From the IMG/VR virus record IMGVR_UViG_3300006191_000010, positions 1-37,585 of that record: DNA of 37,585 bases. One strand, 5' to 3'. Both the position numbers and the translations under genes were made by a program. Below the pieces are notes generated by a model. The model did no database searches, was not told the DNA's origin, and saw only the letters and a list, made by a program, of their open reading frames with translations. Source of the stretch: a virus. Taxonomy: Duplodnaviria > Caudoviricetes. Shown in pieces: positions 29,401 to 34,358 of this stretch (positions are counted from its first letter, which is position 1; the number at the start of each line of letters is the position of its first letter).

Positions 29401-32056
29401 TGAGCTAGGTTATGAATGGGACTTCTCAGAGTTTAACAAAGTTGTAGACGGTAAAACAGCACCACTATTTAACAAGGCAATGAAATTGCAAGGTAAGTTT
29501 GGTCCTGAGAATATGTTTGTGTTAACGGCTAGACCAGCAGAGGCTGCTCCGGCTATATTTGCTTTCTTACAAGCTAATGGTTTGAACATACCTTTAAAAA
29601 ATATCACTGGACTAGCTAACTCAACCGCTAACGCTAAGGCGCTCTGGATGGTTGAAAAGGTTAGTGAAGGCTATAATGACTTTTACTTCGCGGATGATGC
29701 CTTGCAAAATGTTCAAGCTGTTGACAACATATTAGAACAGTTTGACGTTAAACGTAAGGTACAACAAGCTAAAGTTAAGTTTAGCAAGGGAATGAGCAAG
29801 ACTTTTAATGATATACTACAGGTTACAACTGATGTTAAGTCGGAAAAAGTGTTCTCTGATGCTCAAGCTAAAATAAGAGGTGCTAAAGCTAGGTACAAAG
29901 GCATAATACCACCGTCAGCACAAGATTTCATGGGATTGATATACAATTTTGTGGGCAAAGGTAAAAAGGGTGATGCTGATATTGCCTTCTTTAAAAAAGC
30001 ATTAGTAGATCCATTTGCTAGAGGCATAGATCAATTAAACACATCGAGACAAAATGCTTCTAACGATTACAAAAATTTACAAAAAGCATATCCTGAGGTT
30101 AAAAAAATAATAAACAAAAAAATAGAAGGATCAGCATTCACGAATGACCAAGCTGCTAGAGTTTATCTTTGGAGCAAAGCTGGTTTTGATGTTCCTGGTT
30201 TATCTAAAAAAGATTTAAAAACTCTAATAGAGCATGTTGAAGGTAATCCTGAGTTAAAAAACTACGCGGATGGGGTTGGTTTGATATCTAGAAAAGATCA
30301 AGGTTATTCTGCTCCTGGAGATTATTGGTTGGCTGAAAATATAACTTCTGATTTGCTTAGCGATGGTGCGATTGGAGACGCTAGAGCTGATCTACTTGCT
30401 GAGTGGCAGGAAAATGTTGACATTATATTCTCAAAAGAGAACTTGAACAAAATAGAATCTATATATGGAGCTAACTTTAGAGAGGCACTAGAGGATTCTT
30501 TGTATAGAATGAGGACTGGTAGAAATAGGCCTGCTGGTGGAGGTAGAATAATGAATACCTACATGAACTGGGTTAATAATTCAGTTGGTGCTATCATGTT
30601 CTTTAACATGCGATCTGCAATACTTCAAACTATATCTGCTACGAATTACATTAACTGGAGTTTTAATAATCCAGCTAAAGCAGCTCTAGCGTTTGCTAAC
30701 CAACCGCAATATTGGAGAGATTTTACAATGATTTTTAACTCTGCGTACTTAAAGCAAAGAAGATCTGGTAATCAAAGAGGTATTAATGAAGCTGAGTTGT
30801 CAGCTGCGGTTGCCGGTACGGAAAACAAAGCAAAAGCGGCTATAGCTTGGTTGCTTAAGAAAGGTTTTTTACCGACACAACTAGCGGATAGTTTTGCCAT
30901 TGCTTCTGGTGGTGCTACTTTTTACAGGAACAAAGTTAAAGCTTTAGTAAAAGAAGGTATGACTCAAGAGCAGGCTGAGGCTCAAGCGTTTTTAGATTTT
31001 CAAGAAACAACAGAGGTGTCTCAGCAGTCAGCGAGACCTGATATGATATCACAACAACAAGCCTCTCCGCTTGGGAGATTGATACTATCATTCCAGAATA
31101 CACCTATGCAGTACGCTCGTATAATGAATAAAGCTGCTAGAGATTTAGCCAATGGTAGAGGTGACACTAAAACACATTTGTCAAAAATAGCTTACTATGG
31201 TGTGGCTCAAAGTATATTGTTTGGAGCGCTACAATCAGCACTATTAGCTTCTACTGGTGAGGACGAAGAGGAAGAATTTGATAAAAAGAAATATAGAATA
31301 CTGAACGGTATGATTGATTCTGTCTTATCTGGTATTGGTTATGGTGGTAAAGCTATTAGTACTACAAAAAACGCTATAAGAGAATACATCAAACAAAAAG
31401 ACAAAGGTTGGAATGCTGATCACACATACACTATATTATCACTACTTAGTTTTTCACCACCAATAGGATCTAAGTTACGTAAAATATATTCGTCAATACA
31501 AACAGAGCAGTTTAACAAAGGCGTGTTTACAGAGCGAGGCTTAACTTTAGATAACCCTATTTGGTCTGGTATTGGTAACGTTGTAGAAGGTGTGACAAAT
31601 ATACCCTTAGGAAGACTGGCTAATAAAATGCTTAACATAGATAACGCTTTAGACGATAGTAATTCTTTTTGGGAAAGAACTGCTTTATTATTAGGTTGGA
31701 GCACTTGGGACCTTGGCATTAGAGATCCAGACATTGAAGCTACAAAAGAATACCTTAAAAAAAATAAAAAGAAAGAAAAAAAGTCTAAAAAAGAAGCTAA
31801 TCAAGAGGTTATTAATAAGCAAAAGCAAAAGCAGGAGAAAAAAGATGGGAAAAAAGTTTTGTGTGCCGCTGTAAGTAAAAGCGGTAACAGATGTAAAACG
31901 AAGATAGAACCAGGTAGTTCATATTGCACTATTCACGTTAAGGTTAAGCAAAGTAAAAGTGGTGATAAAGTCCAGTGCAAAAAGAGAAAGAGCAATGGAA
32001 AAAGATGCGGTATGAAAACGTCGGCTGCAAGTGGTTATTGTTACTACCACGATTAA
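23459..32056 (+). CDS. Giant polyvalent (probably virion-ejected) protein, 2865 aa
   Basis: Hydrophobic Gly/Ala helices at about 25105-25560, HEVGH at 26438-26452, PD...EAK at 28412-28462, HAD motifs DFDDT (29288), LTAR (29522) and ADD (about 29690), a helical C-terminal region, and two terminal CCCH motifs at 31862-32053. Confidence 0.8.
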   Translation: MNDNSFGIREAKSTIVKSELDRIMQGHIDSGQFTKEQLAEIKKREANKIKEAKVVAEKPKVEEVKEVEVEEVKPTKPNPRSALSGSGSTPSDVLGANNLNFFNKTEEKGVETLRELYGDDFVFEEKLFQVDTDASGYGGGGFDAITVSTKDGKKSASFDMNIGGSLMAPNLYGEKDYEVGMRKKLGELMMSKEDARNHSYDILTNFINENTTQEGLNSQATKKASRKKLLTEMNLERDELAAEDIAEVEEKFESGELFTQETKKIFSFGNDFKDAGTYEDIAFEKELKRAQKQLSEDGSKPTKDQVQALAKSFLIEEIKAEKLTSVMNYNDFVQRNDMLNVNKKEGVQEQYNLAARELDIDFRKDMALYDLKREDLESGADMARYKEINSQFSDANFEYELQEGESYAELENGKKVPEKIIKEYQALQPGVTAKISSINELSESIQEQAAGYSDNVAAIDISRRNYNAWEEFLVETSMGAFEIGLNVKTGIPLLITGENAATKRLIQKSHAIKGKLQETRDSYSKDVEFEDAFSSIGNFGEFAAQEVSNQIPIFAALAIPYVGTSIIGVSAFGDHYVNLNMERDSPGGRQKSNADIWWSSVGFGASELVFERLTTIPLLRAARKGFANTPGAKQLLFRTTKEYFKKNTGKFVYGALSEPIGEGMTQLTQNWIDGKPMTQGLGHAMFSGLMFGTTLSAAPFIKGAYLNKYNDHASKAEVRKRVNKMKKLGLTNQEIDSKIAELKEYGMDGREKAIKDLNKDKKSNEKIIAQLYDQNVAEMKELETEVQGLSSDVTKIYFNLEQQQEALKLEAQEIDNNKTLTKKQKRDQLKAVQARFDATGRQMEAFKDKKAFGDEWTAFKGIEGNADRVTELNKKAKSELFNEGKKDPTAIQINDKAKFLYNVDKINADHKANSKAGLTDVVNVQTEEDAIEYVEGLTNITEANRKKAIKNIKDGSHGANIPTTDKDADGNTVLIPMQVVETMAADDRLETRTHEVGHSVFIKAISSDPKAFEGLAEQILQHLKTNNPSAFKRVSFRNGRQTDADEIVMLFLEEVASGKVDIKKSGKAGFFATLMNKGIEEVGGKPVDLKGETDSIKFLIGIAKKIKAGTINAADIKAIKANTISKNAVLSTGATKVKTSNLAGDLVKASRAVNLDDPKFEGMDISERIDSYTNGAKSIAELQEGGMRSPFSTIYTGILQGGFDRVFAEGISNEQKQIQRENLGTRLINYDPAKTPELSKWMYGGSGKKGNIGYAALVAKEKLYKEGEKRKQEVRGDAVTEDGKTLFDKMVDEGTENDQTNKNDNIRVQKARVLKNLADINIDNPGVIDGNIRAQVDALIESNPKNLTQAIQKLIKGDIRLAIQAQMGTISFKGGVIVISDQYKKFIADNYTHIVQSLDVATIKNNYNTLFELNVIGKEDKKNKKSDNKALKKDSNFRKNIYELVTNKAKFTKFFTDTTSDADPRSHNTKLRGRQEKLAILIGEAYAVDVANDVVIDNSKDMNAVIKAELDNFANTLNRQKKEVEGNYKDQIKYSAKAKADADFILELVTKTDISNVFSSDGKLLPKYVDQLELKKETKAADLIWSLRGKKLEGIGDILYVQKAYHKLFKEGERGTAYEKGLIDMTIQLEKRLGKDVVQAVLRAPTEVGGKPDAIIALYGEVFNIEAKMSNAQYSSVTFAIDANGDFIIKKDYTFGNKILKELGEGVQPGIQLAKDYLLTVENPDTGKVGYVWDDISELPGWAHRLLTDKNNQVTFNGKTKTYFRHMHAEIPIKLDVISEIYNKKKGYPVNVMQMMGRGLFYMGGFNDTKNILNLPEFKGDGTIGLRVGSTTKKSAATDADKRNKAPEIKNGSIFKNGVSGAKWQVKRDVKRYAWRAIPLIPNTTLDDMSSPHSIGTVAGLQKLIDSSTHLKMMRDSKQQQILAKAGKNGKSSVKGSKGITVLDFDDTLATSNSLIRYTKPDGTKGTLNAEQYASTYEELTELGYEWDFSEFNKVVDGKTAPLFNKAMKLQGKFGPENMFVLTARPAEAAPAIFAFLQANGLNIPLKNITGLANSTANAKALWMVEKVSEGYNDFYFADDALQNVQAVDNILEQFDVKRKVQQAKVKFSKGMSKTFNDILQVTTDVKSEKVFSDAQAKIRGAKARYKGIIPPSAQDFMGLIYNFVGKGKKGDADIAFFKKALVDPFARGIDQLNTSRQNASNDYKNLQKAYPEVKKIINKKIEGSAFTNDQAARVYLWSKAGFDVPGLSKKDLKTLIEHVEGNPELKNYADGVGLISRKDQGYSAPGDYWLAENITSDLLSDGAIGDARADLLAEWQENVDIIFSKENLNKIESIYGANFREALEDSLYRMRTGRNRPAGGGRIMNTYMNWVNNSVGAIMFFNMRSAILQTISATNYINWSFNNPAKAALAFANQPQYWRDFTMIFNSAYLKQRRSGNQRGINEAELSAAVAGTENKAKAAIAWLLKKGFLPTQLADSFAIASGGATFYRNKVKALVKEGMTQEQAEAQAFLDFQETTEVSQQSARPDMISQQQASPLGRLILSFQNTPMQYARIMNKAARDLANGRGDTKTHLSKIAYYGVAQSILFGALQSALLASTGEDEEEEFDKKKYRILNGMIDSVLSGIGYGGKAISTTKNAIREYIKQKDKGWNADHTYTILSLLSFSPPIGSKLRKIYSSIQTEQFNKGVFTERGLTLDNPIWSGIGNVVEGVTNIPLGRLANKMLNIDNALDDSNSFWERTALLLGWSTWDLGIRDPDIEATKEYLKKNKKKEKKSKKEANQEVINKQKQKQEKKDGKKVLCAAVSKSGNRCKTKIEPGSSYCTIHVKVKQSKSGDKVQCKKRKSNGKRCGMKTSAASGYCYYHD

Positions 32057-32085
32057 GTAAAAAATACACAAAATAAGTGATAATA
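32057..32085 (+). promoter_or_regulatory. Candidate phage promoter, copy 2: GTAAAA-N14-GTGATAATA
   Basis: Occupies nearly the whole intergenic gap before the envelope module and matches 21709-21737. Confidence 0.5.
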
Positions 32086-32090
32086 AAAGT

Positions 32091-33140
32091 ATGGTGAAAA
32101 GATTAATAATACTACTGCTACTAGTGTCTAACATAGTAACAGCACAAACGTTTGGTAGAGAGGATGTTAAGAAGCTATTTAAGTTCTCTACATTCTATGC
32201 TGCCGTGAACGGTGGAACCTCCTTGTCAAACGTAGAGGTTTTCTCTGTAGACAACGGGTTATCAACACAAACAATTTCAACTCCCTATGATTATAATCTC
32301 ACCATGGGACTACGTAAAATAGCTAGATTCGGTTACGAAAATAAAGCAAATACATTTTATGACGGAACCGAGACGAATTACAGTGACGCGGCCACTGTGG
32401 GTAAGCTAAGAGGAGTTGAATACTTATTTGAAATGGATTTCAAGAGACAGGAGGGCAACGAGTATCTTGATCAACACCATTTTATAAGGTACGTTAGCGA
32501 TCACTATACCATCAAAGGAGAGTATTTAGAGGATGGTTTTGCTGATATAAAGTACTTTGAAGCATCGGAAAGATATAGATATAAGTTTAACAGGAAGTTC
32601 TCTGTTAACGCTGGAGCCGTTCAAAGACGCTCAGAACCCTACGGTTACAACCCGTTAGACGACTGGCTGTTAAGTAATGGAGATATACACTACACTTACC
32701 TAGCTTTGGAAGAAGGTTACAATGTTGATGTGTGGCATCAAATGTACTACGATCCAGCGGGTAACATAGTGGCTAACAGTGCAGAGGTTTGGGAGGCTAT
32801 TGTAATACCACAAGTGCTAGCCGATTACTCAGAGAGAAAAAGAAACGAAATGGAAAGCAGCACGCTACAATCGTTTGTGGTGGGTTTTGACTTCTATCAC
32901 TATAGCAAAAACTACTGGTGTCACGGTTGGGGTAACCTAATGCCGTATCACTATGATGATGGAGGCAAATACAATTATCATAATTTTGCAGGCAAACAAT
33001 GGTTAGATTATTCAGGTGGAGTAATTCTTGGCGTTAAAATCAACAAGCACCTAGGGGCGTTTGCAGAAGGAAAATACAACAAGTACTGGAACAGAGAATG
33101 GTACGACTTTAAATTTGGTGTAAACTACGTAATATTTTAA
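32091..33140 (+). CDS. Putative outer-membrane beta-barrel protein with a Sec signal peptide
   Basis: MVKRLIILLLLVSNIVTA|Q signal, Y/F/W-rich alternating strands, and C-terminal strand YDFKFGVNYVIF ending in Phe (BAM-type signal). Confidence 0.68.
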   Translation: MVKRLIILLLLVSNIVTAQTFGREDVKKLFKFSTFYAAVNGGTSLSNVEVFSVDNGLSTQTISTPYDYNLTMGLRKIARFGYENKANTFYDGTETNYSDAATVGKLRGVEYLFEMDFKRQEGNEYLDQHHFIRYVSDHYTIKGEYLEDGFADIKYFEASERYRYKFNRKFSVNAGAVQRRSEPYGYNPLDDWLLSNGDIHYTYLALEEGYNVDVWHQMYYDPAGNIVANSAEVWEAIVIPQVLADYSERKRNEMESSTLQSFVVGFDFYHYSKNYWCHGWGNLMPYHYDDGGKYNYHNFAGKQWLDYSGGVILGVKINKHLGAFAEGKYNKYWNREWYDFKFGVNYVIF

Positions 33141-33141
33141 C

Positions 33142-33426
33142 ATGGCTAAAGAATTAAACGAGAACAGTGGTTTTCAGGTAAGTATAAAGACGCTAGTAGG
33201 TATTGGAGCCGCTATGGCAACAGTTATTAGCATGTGGTTTATGTTACAAGCAGATATAGCTGAAGCAAAAACCCTACCAGTCCCACCACCGCAAGATGTG
33301 TCGCGCATGGAGTTTGATATGAAAGATAGAAACATTAGACTATCTATAGAGAACACGGAGAAAGCTGTAGATGAAATGAAGATTAACCTCAGGCGCATGG
33401 AGGATAAAATTGATAAATTAAGGTGA
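33142..33426 (+). CDS. Single-pass membrane protein with a C-terminal coiled coil
   Basis: TM segment TLVGIGAAMATVISMWFML, a PVPPP linker, and heptads IENTEKAVDEMKINLRRMEDKIDKLR. Confidence 0.72.
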   Translation: MAKELNENSGFQVSIKTLVGIGAAMATVISMWFMLQADIAEAKTLPVPPPQDVSRMEFDMKDRNIRLSIENTEKAVDEMKINLRRMEDKIDKLR

Positions 33427-33785
33427 TGAAGAATATAGATATTTCATGGAAGATACTGGGCGTATATATATTAGTTTTATTCCTAGTGTGTGTCGCTCAA
33501 AAAGCGTCTGCGCAAATAGTGGTTACACACTTCAATGCGGCTTGGAATGATCCTAACAAAGTAAGCTACATAGGTAAGCTAACAGACTGCGACATTGTGT
33601 ACGTGGACATAGCAGCCGCACCTAAATTACAAGCTAAGCATGAAATAGTTGTTGTACCAACAGTTGTTATATACAAAGATGGCGAGGAAATGAAAAGATA
33701 TCAAGCTGACATATCGTTTAGTATGAAGGCTACAAGAAAAGAAATGCAGAACTTTATAGATGAATTATTAATGAGCGACTTTTAA
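33426..33785 (+). CDS. Secreted thioredoxin-fold protein lacking CxxC
   Basis: The start overlaps the upstream stop (TGATG). Signal peptide ends ASA|Q. VVTHFNAAWNDPN stands in place of FxAxWCxxC, followed by VYVDI, the cis-Pro-type VVPTVVIYKDGEE and KRY. Confidence 0.75.
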   Translation: MKNIDISWKILGVYILVLFLVCVAQKASAQIVVTHFNAAWNDPNKVSYIGKLTDCDIVYVDIAAAPKLQAKHEIVVVPTVVIYKDGEEMKRYQADISFSMKATRKEMQNFIDELLMSDF

Positions 33786-33786
33786 A

Positions 33787-34068
33787 ATGGCATACGACAA
33801 CAGGTCAGTTGGTCCGTTAAAAATAAAGGAATCAACATACAACAAGAATAACGTTAAGATGAGAAAGGAAAACCCAACCATGGGCAGTAAACTAACTAGT
33901 GGCACTAGCCCTAGAAGAGTTAGTTTTGCTTGTAGGTTTGGTGGTATGAAAGGCCCGATGAAAGAAAAGAACGGTGAGCCAACTAGTAAGGCTTTGGCTT
34001 TGAAAAAATGGGGTTTTGGTAGTGTTGCGGCGGCTAATTCTTTTTGTAGAAAACATAAAAAATCATAA
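33787..34068 (+). CDS. Small basic phage protein (RRxSFxxR type, resembling DUF6321-like proteins)
   Basis: SPRRVSFACRFGGMKGPMK...GEPTSKALALKKWG. The family name is from memory and unverified. Confidence 0.7.
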   Translation: MAYDNRSVGPLKIKESTYNKNNVKMRKENPTMGSKLTSGTSPRRVSFACRFGGMKGPMKEKNGEPTSKALALKKWGFGSVAAANSFCRKHKKS

Positions 34069-34069
34069 T

Positions 34070-34354
34070 ATGAAAGGAGTAAAGCATTATACGGAAGACG
34101 GTGAGTACAAGGGTAAAACACACAAAATGGACGGTAAAGTTCACACAGGCGCAGAGCACAGTGGGACTAGCAAGGTTGTGTCTCACAAACCAGGTGGTCC
34201 ATTTAAAATGAGTGGGTATTCTTACCCTGGCCAATCACCGATGACTAAGAAAAATAAAGCTGGTAAAGAACAAGGTGCTGATGGTAAAGCTTGCTGGGAA
34301 GGCTACAGCTATGCTGGTACTGAAAATGGGAAAGACAAATGCGTACCAAATTAA
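34070..34354 (+). CDS. Small basic His-rich phage protein with a C-terminal CWEGY motif (94 aa)
   Basis: ATG at 34070 directly after the upstream TAA is preferred to 34016. Sequence: MKGVKHYTEDGEYKGKTHKMDGKVHTGAEH...GKACWEGYSYAGTENGKDKCVPN. Confidence 0.75.
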   Translation: MKGVKHYTEDGEYKGKTHKMDGKVHTGAEHSGTSKVVSHKPGGPFKMSGYSYPGQSPMTKKNKAGKEQGADGKACWEGYSYAGTENGKDKCVPN

Positions 34355-34358
34355 ATAC

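Noticed and set aside
33142-33785. Canonical i-spanin/o-spanin pair
   Set aside because: The first gene fits an i-spanin topology, but the overlapping partner lacks a good lipobox (FLVC), has an ASA|Q SPI site and looks like a thioredoxin fold. No endolysin is adjacent. A lysis role is not excluded.
34275-34358. Longer N-terminus for the secreted repeat protein, and the 34016 start for its neighbour
   Set aside because: Both extensions overlap upstream genes. ATG 34359 gives a clean signal peptide, and ATG 34070 directly follows the upstream stop.
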